Positions 38,673-51,031 are shown, numbered from the whole stretch's first letter. The stretch is 63,042 nucleotides of DNA, filler included, from Octopus bimaculoides (GCF_001194135.2; 3 parts of 3 records of this genome joined end to end with filler, not necessarily neighbours in it), one strand, 5' to 3'. Notes: a model not told the origin generated them from the letters alone. A program made the numbers and translations.

Positions 38673-38918
38673 GTGCTAAAGATTCCCGCAATGCCATCGC
38701 GCTCAAAGACCCGTTACAGCAAGAGCCTCGGTCTCAGGGGCCCACGACTTTTTAATATTCTCTCAAAGAGCCTGCGGGAACAACACAAAGTGGATGTAGG
38801 TGTTTTCAAATCAAAACTGGATGAACCTACCTCGCGGCAAGAGGTTCAAATGAGGGTAGCGACATCAAATACCCTAATTCCCCAAATGCCGTATGGCCTC
38901 ATTCGAATGGTACCATAA
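38673..38918 (+). mobile_element. L2/CR1-type LINE 3' end fragment
   Basis: SLGLRGPRLFNILSKSLR...VFKSKLDEP...RVATSNTL, a typical ORF2 C-terminal signature. Confidence 0.75.
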
Positions 38919-40189
38919 CGATTGGAATGGCATTGTGACAAGCAGTGTAAAACGACATACGGAGGCCTGGTCGACACAATAATATTAAGTGTTTGTGTTT
39001 GTGTATCTATGTGTGTGTGTGTGTGTGTTTATGTATGTATGTATAAATGTGTGTATCTACGTCTGTATGTGTCTGTGTATATGTATTTATTTATGGATGT
39101 ATGTCTCTATACATATTTACATATGTATGCATGTAAGTGTAAGCTTTTTGATTTAACAGCGAAAACCAAAGTTTCGATGCGCGTCTGTATATACCGAATC
39201 CGGTAAATTTGTACTTCGAGGAATAAAAAGCGGCAAAATAAGCATTCATTTCATCGCCAGCGGAAGGATAAAAGGAAAATCGACCTAGTTTCAAAGTAAA
39301 CCTCAGAAAAGGATTTTGTCTCATGCTCAACCGATTCCGACAAACACAATCCTTATTATCTCTTACAATATCAGTAAAACCTCAGATATTCCTATTAAGC
39401 ATGAAAACCTGAATGCAGGTTACAGGTTTGATCGTGTAGTGAGTCGTTACACCTTTGAGATAAAAGGCAGATGCATAAAGTAGCGGCCCAGAGAATGATC
39501 AAATAACGTATTCATGCATTCATCTGCGCATTAATCTTCTGCTCACATTCTGATAAGTGCCGCTTGCACAACAAAGCGAATTTCGTTACACAGGAACTAA
39601 GATATCGAAATCTCCTCCACATCTATTCATCTATTGGCTACATTATGATCCATATATACACATATACATGCACACACACACACGCACGCACACACAAATA
39701 CGCACACAAATAATGGAGTGGAATATGAAAGTATATGTATATGTATATTTGATATATATGTATATATAATTACCCATTATAACGACATATTGTGTTTGTG
39801 TAGAACTTAAGATATGCGTCTTTGTATGTGAAATAAGCAAGGATTACACCGGCAAACAAAGGTCTTATTTACTCTGTCCTCCCAGTGGTCATCCAATACA
39901 TGCAATGAAAACAATGACGCCCGGTAGCGGTGGAAGAGTTAGAGGTGGATGACCTACCAGGAGTGTAGGTCACTTGGAAAATTTGGTCCTATATATGCAG
40001 TGTGTAATTAACTTCAAGTTAATTCAATAAAGTTTGTTGTAGTGTGGCGAGTAAGGTAGAATTTCTCGGTAAGTTAGACTAAAAGAGTAAAGAGAGTGCA
40101 GTATGTTAATGGCTTTCCAAAAGCATATCAATTGTCTAATATTATTCTTATGGGACTGTTCTTTAAATAACGCAAGACTTTTATCTGAA

Positions 40190-41000
40190 TGAGAAAAAAA
40201 GCTTCTTGCATTTTCTTCAACGTAAAACGACGACGATCAGGACAAGGTCTTTTTTCTTCCTTTTTCTGTTGTTTATGATGTTCCATCAACTCTTCGTTTG
40301 TCAGGGGCTATTTATCCTTCTCAAATAACGTATTTGAATACTGTTCTTCCAACTCCATTTCCACTTCATTGCTGAACTGCACCAAGAGTCTGTTCGCCTC
40401 AACATTGTCAAAACCCTTAATGTCATTGACAAATTGTGGGCAGAGCTTCCTCCACACGCCATTCATCTCATTCCAAGCAGTTACTATGTTCACTATGGTT
40501 TTGTAGATGTCGTAACTTTTCCAAAAGTCGCAGACTGTGATGTTTCCGTCGATGTCAGTTGCGGATATTGCTTGGCCCAGTGAACAATTCATCTAATTGC
40601 GCTTAAAGATGACAATTATCCCATTGTCCATTGGTTGCAGCAGCGAGATAGTTTTAGGAGGGAGGAAGATAAGGGTATCGCTGGGATAGAAATCTCCGAT
40701 ATTTTCCGGGTGGTCAGAAGCGTTACTTAAGACAAGCAGAACTTTAAAAGGAGACCTTTTAACTTTACATTGCTTTTCTGCTTCAGGAACAAAATGATTG
40801 AAAAATCATTGATCAAAAATAATGACAGTGATTCAAGCATTTTAATTAGGCATCCATGTAAGAGGAAGAGATGCTTTGCTATGTTATAAAGAACCTGGAG
40901 GTTTTTTATTTATTTCCCGGACACGAAGGTGAACGTAACCAATCGTCATAACCCGAAACTAATAGCACACTATAGTATGAACATTATGGCTTTTTTTGCC
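40190..41000 (-). mobile_element. Tigger/pogo (DDE_1) transposase fragment
   Basis: PLTWMPN...FFNHFVPE, VLLVLSNASDHP, FLPPKTISLLQPMDNGII, FWKSYDIYKTIVNIVTAW...WRKLCPQFV. Confidence 0.82.
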
Positions 41001-41044
41001 AGACGACGTAAATTCACACTTTATTTAATATCTAATTAATATAT

Positions 41045-41222
41045 GCGGTGAGCTGGCAGAATCATTAACACGCTGGTCGAAATGCTTGGCGGTATTTCGT
41101 CTGCCGCTACGTTCTGAGTTCAAATTCCGACGAGGTCGACTTTGGTTTTCATTCTTTCGGGGTCGATTAAATAAGTAACTGTTACGCACGGGGGAGTCGA
41201 TGTAATCGACTTAATCCTACTG
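41045..41222 (+). mobile_element. SINE family A copy (well preserved)
   Basis: gcggtgagctggcagaatc...acgttctgagttcaaattccgacgaggtcgacttt...ggggtcgattaaataagta...gtcgatgtaatcgacttaatcc. Confidence 0.9.
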
Positions 41223-41274
41223 TAATAAATATTCAGAAAATCCTACGTATCTTCGGACACGACACATATATATA

Positions 41275-41308
<34 letters not shown>

Positions 41309-41877
41309 CAAACAGATGGGGAGAATGAGAGGGAGAGAGACAGAAAGAAAGAATCTCATAAATACAAGCATGAAGATGCGTTTACATTTATTGTTACATA
41401 CATACACACACACACATATCTAGTCTCGTTTCTACCAGTTTGAGGCAACAAAGAAATAGCAACCTAACCACCTTAAACAGGAATGCTTTTCACAACGAAG
41501 CGTACGAGGGAATCACTTGTAGCTTAAAGACAAATATGAATATATGTCGCAGGTGTTTAGTTTCACTATTTTCCAGTCCAATTTGTCATCTATATATTGT
41601 AGCATTGCATATCGCCTGTAGCGATGTACATACTATAGCTTGTTTGGAATTAAATACGCTTTTATTGATTCTTAAAGTTAGTTGAGACAGCTATTCACTC
41701 GCAGTTACTATAGCACTGGCCTTTATAGTCTTTTATAAAGCTACTCATTACATAGAGAAGTTAATTCGTTTTATTGTGTTCTAGTGGTTTTCTCTCCTTA
41801 TATGTTTGCTTGTTCCCCAACCCCATGGTTTTACTATATTACAAATAACTATTTTATGTTGCCATATTAATAATATT

Positions 41878-42026
41878 CACCGACCCCGAAAGGATGAAAT
41901 GCAAACCCGACCTCGGCGGAATTTGAACCCAGAACGTCAAGGCTAGTAATTTTTGGAGAATTGCATCGATGATTACATCGTCTCCAAGTGTTAAATTGGT
42001 ACTTATTTTATCGACTCCGAAATGAT
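41878..42026 (-). mobile_element. SINE family A fragments, inverted
   Basis: ccgaccccgaaaggatgaaa...cgacctcggcggaatttgaacccagaacgt and ggtacttattttatcgactccgaaa. Confidence 0.75.
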
Positions 42027-43007
42027 ACCTACGTTATAAAATTTTCTATATCCGATCGCATACACGTATTCGTTGACGAAACATCGTAACTTTGGCTGCT
42101 AGTTCTGAAGTCTTTAGGAAATTGAGATAAACGTAAAAGTGAACAGGTTATACAATAATTTAGCTTTCCCTAATCGACTTATCGTTAAACTCAGTTCTTA
42201 ACCAATTTTCTGTATCCACCTTCATACTTTTGTGGCATTCTTGCAGTGCAGTTGCATCCTCTGTCTGAAAATATTATCAAATACATTGGATAGCCCAGTC
42301 CGCTAACAGAAACATGTGTGGTTGCTGGATCCTCATTTCTTTACAGAATCCTCGACACACCATTATAGCAAAAACAGGTGTATTAAAAAAAAAATTACTG
42401 CCGTCTTATTTAGTGAATGATAAACAGGTGTGAAATGGTGAAAGAGAAATTCGATAATCGTTGGCACATTTTTCGCCTAATTTTGCGATAGCCGTAAGAA
42501 CCTCAATCGTCTCGTCACAAAAAATCGTTTATTAATCAACTAGTTTATATAGCTGATAATGTGACAGGATTCTGTCTTGTGACATTTTCCTACTCGAACG
42601 TAGTTTATCATTTGCCTTACACCTATTCATCCAATCGGGTGACACATTATTGACTGTATCAGGTGACATTTTGTTTAATGTGTTGAGTGATTTTATAGAT
42701 TCATTAATTTCCACCGCGTGACGCTTGTTTTTTAGTACAACTTTATTCATTTACATCGTGGACAACTGGAATTACACTTTACCATTTTACATTTCATTTG
42801 AGAATTATTGCAATATTCCATAGTTCAGTAATAAAATCATCATTTGAACACAATATCATTGTTCGCCTCCTAAAATATAACATTGAGGACCGTGTAATCG
42901 ACTCATATTCCAATAGCATTTCATGTGGTTGGAGAAGCATTACTGGAGCTTCTATCATGATTTTGATGATGACATGCGGCACGTCACTTATATTTAGTGA
43001 ATTCAAA

Positions 43008-43574
43008 GGATCTTTTTTAAAACGGGGGCCACATTTTTCATTAATGTTTTACGTAGTGTTTTTGGTACGGAAAGACTTTCAAACTTCGTATACTTATCTA
43101 TTTTGTGTTATAGAACAGAAAAATATTTTTGTATGCGAATTTATTTCATGTAAAAAATTGTCTTATTTCGATAATTTCAACCAATCACTGACGTCCATTC
43201 AGTCGATATACATTAAGTGCCGACTACATAAACAAACGATTCTTCGTTTTATTTGCTTTTTTCATTTTAAATTTGCTTTAACCCTAACCCTAACCCTAGG
43301 GTTAGGGTTAGAGTTAGGGTTAGGGTTAGGATTAATTGTTTCAGAATCGTTTGTTTATGTAGTCGGCACTTAATGTATATCGGCTGAATGGACGTCAGTG
43401 ATTGGTTGAAATTACAGAAATACGACAACTTTAACATGGAATAATTTATGGATTTCTTTTTTTTTAAAGAAGACTAAGAGAAAAAAGATGTTTTATATGA
43501 CACATTCTACCAGTGTTCCAAGTTTCAAAGTGTTTCGTTAATGAAAAATGTGGCCCCCGTTTTAAAAAAGATCC
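43008..43574. mobile_element. Non-autonomous TIR element (MITE, possibly Merlin-like) with 8-bp TSD and a telomeric-repeat core
   Basis: TIR GGATCTTTTTTAAAACGGGGGCCACATTTTTCATTAA at both ends; TSD AATTCAAA at 43000-43007 and 43575-43582; inner 72-bp inverted repeat (43172-43243 / 43343-43414); (CCCTAA)n(TTAGGG)n at about 43279-43330. Confidence 0.9.
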
Positions 43575-44287
43575 AATTCAAATATTCGATAGGATATATT
43601 TTATCGATTCCGCAGACTAATGTAAACTTTTCAAGGTACTCACATTTCCAGGAAGTTTGTTCGTAATTTCAGATTATTCAGAAGATCAGGCTCGTCAATT
43701 GTTGTTCTTGAAGGCAACTATTGTCAAATTCTATAGTGTATTGCTAAATTTATATTGACAAATTAAACCAATATCCCAAGGAGTTCACTTCCAGGAACTA
43801 GGGAAACAAAATTACGCCTGGGAAACGGATGCCAAAAGTAATTTTATGTGGAGTCGTTCCGTGACTCACTTTCAAAAACCATTTGCATTTATGGTTTTGA
43901 CGATTAAATACATCAAAATCGTTTGTACACACACACACACACACACATGTACATTTATATTTATATAAGGGCATTACTATACAATAACGCCTCACGCCAT
44001 GAGGGACTCTAAGGTCAGACTACTATAAAAAAAGCACATTTTTACCGAATGCGAGGAAATGCAACTCTCAAAGCCAACCCCTTAAAAACGAACTAAATTA
44101 TAGATCATGATTTCGTAGTTATTGTAGTATTATACAACTTCTACTCGTCAGTATATGGTCAAGAAAAATAGAAATAAACAGTGAATCAACATACCAAACG
44201 AACACCATGTATCCAGCATAGCATATAGACGACTGTTCATCGTTATTTCCCTATGTAAGTGGCGGGAATTTCGAATTGCATCTCGGT

Positions 44288-44387
44288 NNNNNNNNNNNNN
44301 NNNNNNNNNNNNNNNNNNNNNNNNNNNNNNNTTAATTAATTAANNNNNNNNNNNNNNNNNNNNNNNNNNNNNNNNNNNNNNNNNNNN
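44288..44387. other. Assembly spacer: 44 N + TTAATTAATTAA + 44 N
   Basis: Same 100-bp structure as 28616-28715; lies about 130 bp downstream of the NK4 stop codon. Confidence 0.95.
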
Positions 44388-44515
44388 TATACATATATAT
44401 ACATATATAAAAGTTAATTTTTAAAAATAAGCCAGAGAAAGTGAGAAAGAAGGAAGAAAGTGAATGAAGAAATTGCTGTTGTTGTTGTCGTTAGTGTTTT
44501 GTGATGTTTTTTTTT

Positions 44516-44997
44516 TCACCATGCTCGGATTCCATGGTGAATTTGATTCTGTACATAACTTGTCTGTTGGATTTGATTGACTGACGTTAGGTTATTGTTG
44601 TTGTTGCTGTAGACTGGGCCGGTTGAATAGGCGAATGGATTGACATTGTACGGAGTGGAGTATGGTGGACTGACACTGCTCTGCCCCAAACATGGTTTGC
44701 CATCCCGAACCAACACTGGTACGGCCACTCGCCTCGGTGGCTGCATCGTCGACAATTCCAAGTTTTTGTCTTGACGTTGACGCTTGCATTTGTAGCGACG
44801 GTTTTGAAACCAAATTTTCACCTGTGTTGAGGTTAGTTTCAACATGTTCGCTAGCTGTTCCCTTTCTGGCGCTGATAGGTAGCGTTGCTGTTTAAATCGT
44901 CTTTCAAGTTCATAGACTTGTGCCTGTGAGAAGAGGACTCGCGGTTTCCGTCTCTGACGTTGACGTAACAATGGACAATCTCCAGTTCCATCGACCA

Positions 44998-45031
<34 letters not shown>

Positions 45032-45087
45032 ATTGGAGTCACCTTTGATTTTCTCGTTGTCTGTTGGTGTTGGGCACGTCATTTTGT
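44516..45087 (-). CDS. NK4: NK4/Nkx2.5/tinman-class homeobox transcription factor, homeobox-containing last coding exon
   Basis: Homeodomain [60 protein letters not shown] (44774-44953, Tyr54), NK2-specific domain [19 protein letters not shown], Tyr-rich segment and C-terminal GIRAW*. Phase-1 acceptor (ttttctcttttaCAG) ends at 45088. The ORF-track extension to 45139 is intronic. Confidence 0.96.
44999..45034 (-). repeat. Coding (AAC)n repeat giving poly-Asn (12 N) upstream of the homeodomain
   Basis: AAT + 11 AAC in frame. Confidence 0.93.
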
Positions 45088-45582
45088 CTGTAAAAGAGAA
45101 AAGAAAATAAGATTCCTTTAGTTGTTTCACCAAAATCATACTTTCATAATTTTACACGTCAACCAGGATAAATTAAGAAAACAAAAAGAAACACTTGTTT
45201 CATTACAGAGTATAAATGACTATTTAATTAGTCACATGACTAATTTCTGAAATCTGCAGTCAAAAATACCAATAAATTACTGGTAGTTACAGTCAACTAT
45301 AAACTATGTTTATCACTGTTAGATTTATGACCTGACATCCTGACACAGGTCTCTTCTATTTATTCAAACAAATTGCGTAGCAGTCCTAAACAGAGAACAG
45401 CAATTGTATACCAACGTGTTTAACATCTAACAAATTAACAAGCTGGAGTAGAAATAAATTAAATTACTAACAGACCCTAAAAATAGCAGCCAAATCTCAC
45501 TCAAAATTGCACCATACTATCAGAAAATGGGACGAAATAATTTGACACATAGATTATACTTAAAAATAAAGTTAGTTTAGTC

Positions 45583-45877
45583 CAGGGGTTTTCAAACTGT
45601 GGTCCGCGGACCACAGTGGGTCCGCAAGGACAAGACAGGGAGTCCGTGGACAGCAAATACTTTTTATGGGCAATTTGATTGTATATATGGTTTTTAATCG
45701 AAATCTTTTAATTGACAATAAACCTATTTGTTAAGTACTGTTAAATAAATAAATGTAAAAATATGTTATTTTAAGCAAATATTTATGTATAAATTTCATA
45801 AGCGTTTACAAGGGGGTCCCTAAGGTAAAACCTGAAATATAAAGGGGTCCGCAAGTCAAAAAGTTTGAAAACCCCTA
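45583..45877. mobile_element. hAT-type (Charlie-like) MITE with a perfect 8-bp TSD
   Basis: CAGGGGTTTTCAAACT ... AGTTTGAAAACCCCTA; TSD GTTTAGTC at 45575-45582 and 45878-45885. Confidence 0.9.
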
Positions 45878-46454
45878 GTTTAGTCACAGTTAAAAAGCTT
45901 TCGTGGTATTATTGCACAATCAGGGGCATGAGACTAAATAGCAACAACCAACCGTAAGCAATCTATGCCTGAACGTGATCCCTGTTTTTTTACCATCATT
46001 ACTTGTCAAAAGTCAACCCCTATTTTACTTCTGAGCTGCTCATCATCATAGCTTTTCTCTCCCCAAACTATCGTTATAGGACTCCAGTATCAAAAGCCTT
46101 TTATCCTTTAAGATGGTGCAATGTGATTTTGAGGGACATTTAGCGGTTATTTCTAACATGTCCAGTGAATACGATGAGGTTGTATTATGGGCTTTTGGTA
46201 GACGCAGTCCATCACCAAACATCAACACAACCGCCGTCACTGCCTCCTGGGTCTTAGGATCGTTTTACAAAGCGAAGTGTGTTACAGATATTCGAACTAA
46301 CACCCATTGCAGTCAGGAGATTCCATCCCACGAGATTCAACCTCACCACCAGTCTTGCAGCTCCTGTATGGGCGCTACATGTCCTTTTCTCGTTACTTCG
46401 TAATAAAATTATTGTTACCTGAAATTTCTTGTATCGATATTTAAGACTAGTATG

Positions 46455-46660
46455 AATGCGGCGAGCTGGCGGAATCGCTAGAAACGCCGGAAAGAAAAAT
46501 GCTTAGAGACATTTTTATGTCTTTATGTTCTGAGTTCAAATTCTGCCGAGGTCGACTTGGCCTTTCATCCATCAGAAATCGATAAAATAAGTTCCTGTAG
46601 AGTATTGGAAACGATGTTATCGACTTATTACCTTGCCCCAAAATTGCTGCGCCAAAATTT
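46455..46660 (+). mobile_element. SINE family A copy
   Basis: gcggcgagctggcggaatcgcta...gttctgagttcaaattctgccgaggtcgactt...cccaaaattgctg. Confidence 0.88.
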
Positions 46661-46762
46661 CATATCGATATTTAACACTAATATTGATTTGAAGCAAATG
46701 CACGATATTATATATTTGCATGACACAGGATGAGATTCTGTACACACAAATATATAATATAC

Positions 46763-46843
<81 letters not shown>

Positions 46844-46933
46844 TCTCTCTCCCTATATATATATATATATTTGTCTTTAATTCCGTTTACATATTTGTTT
46901 TGCAAGATTTTTGATGTGAAATCGTGTGTTGAA

Positions 46934-47316
46934 ACAGATGTTGTTGTACTTGGGGATGGTCATATTGCCAGTTTAGCCAATAAAAACACACGCACTGTAT
47001 ATTTGGTGTTTATTTGCTTCAGCTTTATATTACATTATATTACATTAATCCTATTTCGGCCTATTTCGGAGGAATACAAAATACAAAATGGCTGATAGTT
47101 AGCAAGGTGAGACACACATAAAAAAGAAGAAAGCAAAAGACCACTGGTGAGGTCACAGAAGTGTGACGAAAGAACTCTGGCCGAAATAGGATTAATGTAA
47201 TATAATGTAATATAATGTAATATAAAGCTGAAGCAAATTAACACCAAATATACAGTGCGTGTGTTTTTATTGGCTAAACTGGCAATATGACAATCCCCAA
47301 GTACAACAACATTTGT
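46934..47316. repeat. Foldback element: arms of about 128 and 138 bp around a spacer of about 117 bp
   Basis: 46934-47061 is the near-perfect reverse complement of 47179-47316; the right arm has one extra AATGTAATAT unit. No clear TSD. Confidence 0.9.
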
Positions 47317-47595
47317 CTATAATCTTTTCATCCTATCAAATTTCACCAATTGCCTTTCATCTCTCAAACTCTGCTTGCTTCTCGCTAGCCTAATCGTCTC
47401 CAGTCTTCTTATTTCTCTCACTCTCCTTCACTCTCCCTCACTTCTCTTATTTCATCCTCTCTCCCTCTCTCATACACCTCAATATTTCGTGGTGGTCGTC
47501 ACTTTCAGTTTAGTAATATATTTTCTTCTCTTAACATAAGATTGGTGACAGCGCGTTCTTGTTCGCTCACACACATACGTAAACTCACAGATGCC

Positions 47596-47647
<52 letters not shown>

Positions 47648-47871
47648 NNNNNNNNNNNNNNNNNNNNNNNNNNNNNNNNNNNNNNNNNNNNNNNNNNNNN
47701 NNNNNNNNNNNNNNNNNNNNNNNNNNNNNNNNNNNNNNNNNNNNNNNNNNNNNNNNNNNNNNNNNNNNNNNNNNNNNNNNNNNNNNNNNNNNNNNNNNNN
47801 NNNNNNNNNNNNNNNNNNNNNNNNNNNNNNNNNNNNNNNNNNNNNNNNNNNNNNNNNNNNNNNNNNNNNNN

Positions 47872-47922
<51 letters not shown>

Positions 47923-48016
47923 TATGTGCATATATCTGCATGGATATGTACATATATATATTTATGAATATATATAACTTAATATATATATGTATAAGTG
48001 CATGTATGTTTGCATG

Positions 48017-48098
<82 letters not shown>

Positions 48099-48275
48099 AT
48101 ATAGACGGATTGATAGATACGTAGATAGATACAAGCATAAATACACACATAAATACATGGATACATATATACATGTATATGTATGTATGTGCATAATTAT
48201 ATATGTATATGTATATCTATATATATATCTATATCTATCTATCTCTCTCTATATATATATGTATATATATATATT

Positions 48276-48316
<41 letters not shown>

Positions 48317-49440
48317 TCTCTCACATACACATTCCCATTCATATAAAGACATGTACACATATATAAGCACACATACTCATGCATAAAGTACTTGAGGTTG
48401 ACAATAAAGTTGAAAGTGTAAGAGATAATTGTGTGGCCTAGACCTCCCTCTTTCTCATCTTCTCATCTCGTAATTTCATTACAACTCCATAGCAATTACT
48501 TCGCAATCTCTCTTCATTTAAATTTTTACTTTACTTTGCAGGCTTTACTTCCACCTTTCTCTCTCGCTTTCTCTCTCTCTTTCTCTGAATTCCATTTTTT
48601 GTTAGCTATGGGTGGCAAATAGGGCGGCGGTAGATGATAGAAGTGGAGGGTAACTTGAAAAATCAGTGCTTTGCGTTATTTAGCTGTAACTTTTTATATG
48701 ATAAATTGAAAGCCCACCAGCTGTAGTATTTGGTCTATTTAACCCTGCCTAATGTTCCTAGACTTAAAAATATTAACAGTAATTATTTTAAACCCTGCCG
48801 GGCTAGCATGGAACTGGTGTGACTGTCAATCAATTTAACACTCATATTGATTTTTAATTGAAATCATTTTAAAGCTATGTATTTTATCGAACCTTTAAAT
48901 GGAAAAATCTGGCGTATTTCAGAGTCTAAACATCGTTCAGTCTTTTTGTCTGACGCACCATTCACAGCCCTAAAATTTTGCCAAATATTAACTTTTAAAA
49001 TATGACCACAAAACCGCTATTGGCAGGTATGGAATATAAGCTGTTAAATCGACTCCAGTGCTTGACTTAATTTATAATTTATTTCAATATTAATGAACTT
49101 ATCGATTATATGATTTTTAATATTGATAATTATATGATCGTGTGGTTCATTGGCGAATACGCCTAGTCTTATAGTTTAATCTGTCCAGAAGGAGACATCC
49201 CTGCCTTTCAGGGAAGTATTACATTTTATTGTAACTTTTTATAATTTTGAACAAAAAAACCGGTGAAAGGCATTTCCATTTATGCTTTCATTGAGAAATT
49301 CCCGTCTAACTGTTTGTAAATATTTCATTTACTACGTAACATATTGAAAGAATACACGTTCATTTATTCATCAACACTAAAACATTGTCAACAACTGAAA
49401 ATATCATGCATCCATGATAGAATTGTGTTCAACTCCACCA

Positions 49441-49605
49441 GGAGTGGCTGTGTGATAAGTAGCTTGCTTACCAACCACATGGTTCCGGGTTCTGTCCCAC
49501 TGCGTGGCACCTTGGGTAAGTGTCTTCTACTATAGCCTCGGGCCAACCAAAGCCTTGTGAGTGGATTTGGTAGACGGAAACTGAAAGAAGTCCGTCGTAT
49601 ATATG

Positions 49606-49674
<69 letters not shown>

Positions 49675-49885
49675 ATCTGTGTGTCTATGTTTGACCCCCA
49701 CCATCGCTTGACAACCGATGCTGGTGTGTTTACGTCCCCGTAACTTAGCGGTTCGGCAAAAAGAGACCGACAGAATAAGTACTAGGCTTACAATGAATAA
49801 GTCCTGGGGTCGATTTTCTCGATTAAAGGCGGTGCTCCAGCATGGCCGCAGTCAAATGACTGAAACAAGTAAAAGAGTAAAAGAG
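49441..49885 (+). mobile_element. SINE family B, apparently full-length copy with an internal (TA)n/(GT)n tract
   Basis: tRNA-like head (ggttccgggttctgtccc), central microsatellite and 3' tail aaatgactgaaacaagtaaaagagtaaaagag; matches several decayed copies in the window. Confidence 0.9.
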
Positions 49886-50985
49886 CAACTTCTTGGTTAC
49901 TTTCGCTACATCTTTCATGTTTCCCTGCCATTCAGAACCGTTGACAGAACTATGACACAGTATAGCAGAAACATCATATCATTACAGACGCTTCTTGATT
50001 TGCAGATTTCGAACATTCACTGCAATATGGTCCATACTCGGCCAATTTCGCTGTTTACACCACTTTCCACTACAGACCAAATTCTCTCACTATAGATCTT
50101 TGCTCCAGATTTGGGAAAAATTAAATGTGAAATTACCAAAGGGATGCAGGTTTTGCACACACACATTCACACACATATACACCCAACACATATAATGTAT
50201 ATATTGTATATATGTATGTATGTATATGTGTATANNNNNNNNNNNNNNNNNNNNNNNNNNNNNNNNNNNNNNNNNNNNNNNNNNNNNNNNNNNNNNNNNN
50301 NNNNNNNNNNNNNNNNNNNNNNNNNNNNNNNNNNNNNNNNNNNNNNNNNNNNNNNNNNNNNNNNNNNNNNNNNNNNNNNNNNNNNNNNNNNNNNNNNNNN
50401 NNNNNNNNNNNNNNNNNNNNNNNNNNNNNNNNNNNNNNNNNNNNNNNNNNNNNNNNNNNNNNNNNNNNNNNNNNNNNNNNNNNNNNNNNNNNNNNNNNNN
50501 NNNNNNNNNNNNNNNNNNNNNNNNNNNNNNNNNNNNNNNNNNNNNNNNNNNNNNNNNNNNNNNNNNNNNNNNNNNNNNNNNNNNNNNNNNNNNNNNNNNN
50601 NNNNNNNNNNNNNNNNNNNNNNNNNNNNNNNNNNNNNNNNNNNNNNNNNNNNNNNNNNNNNNNNNNNNNNNNNNNNNNNNNNNNNNNNNNNNNNNNNNNN
50701 NNNNNNNNNNNNNNNNNNNNNNNNNNNNNNNNNNNNNNNNNNNNNNNNNNNNNNNNNNNNNNNNNNNNNNNNNNNNNNNNNNNNNNNNNNNNNNNNNNNN
50801 NNNNNNNNNNNNNNNNNNNNNNNNNNNNNNNNNNNNNNNNNNNNNNNNNNNNNNNNNNNNNNNNNNNNNNNNNNNNNNNNNNNNNNNNNNNNNNNNNNNN
50901 NNNNNNNNNNNNNNNNNNNNNNNNNNNNNNNNNNNNNNNNNNNNNNNNNNNNNNNNNNNNNNNNNNNNNNNNNNNNNNNNNNNNN

Positions 50986-51031
<46 letters not shown>

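Noticed and set aside
43279-43330. Telomeric repeats as an ancient chromosome-fusion site
   Set aside because: Orientation is CCCTAA then TTAGGG, opposite to an end-to-end fusion, and the tract lies inside a TSD-flanked element.
45088-45139. N-terminal extension [17 protein letters not shown] of the NK4 ORF
   Set aside because: This is the polypyrimidine tract and acceptor of the intron read in frame.
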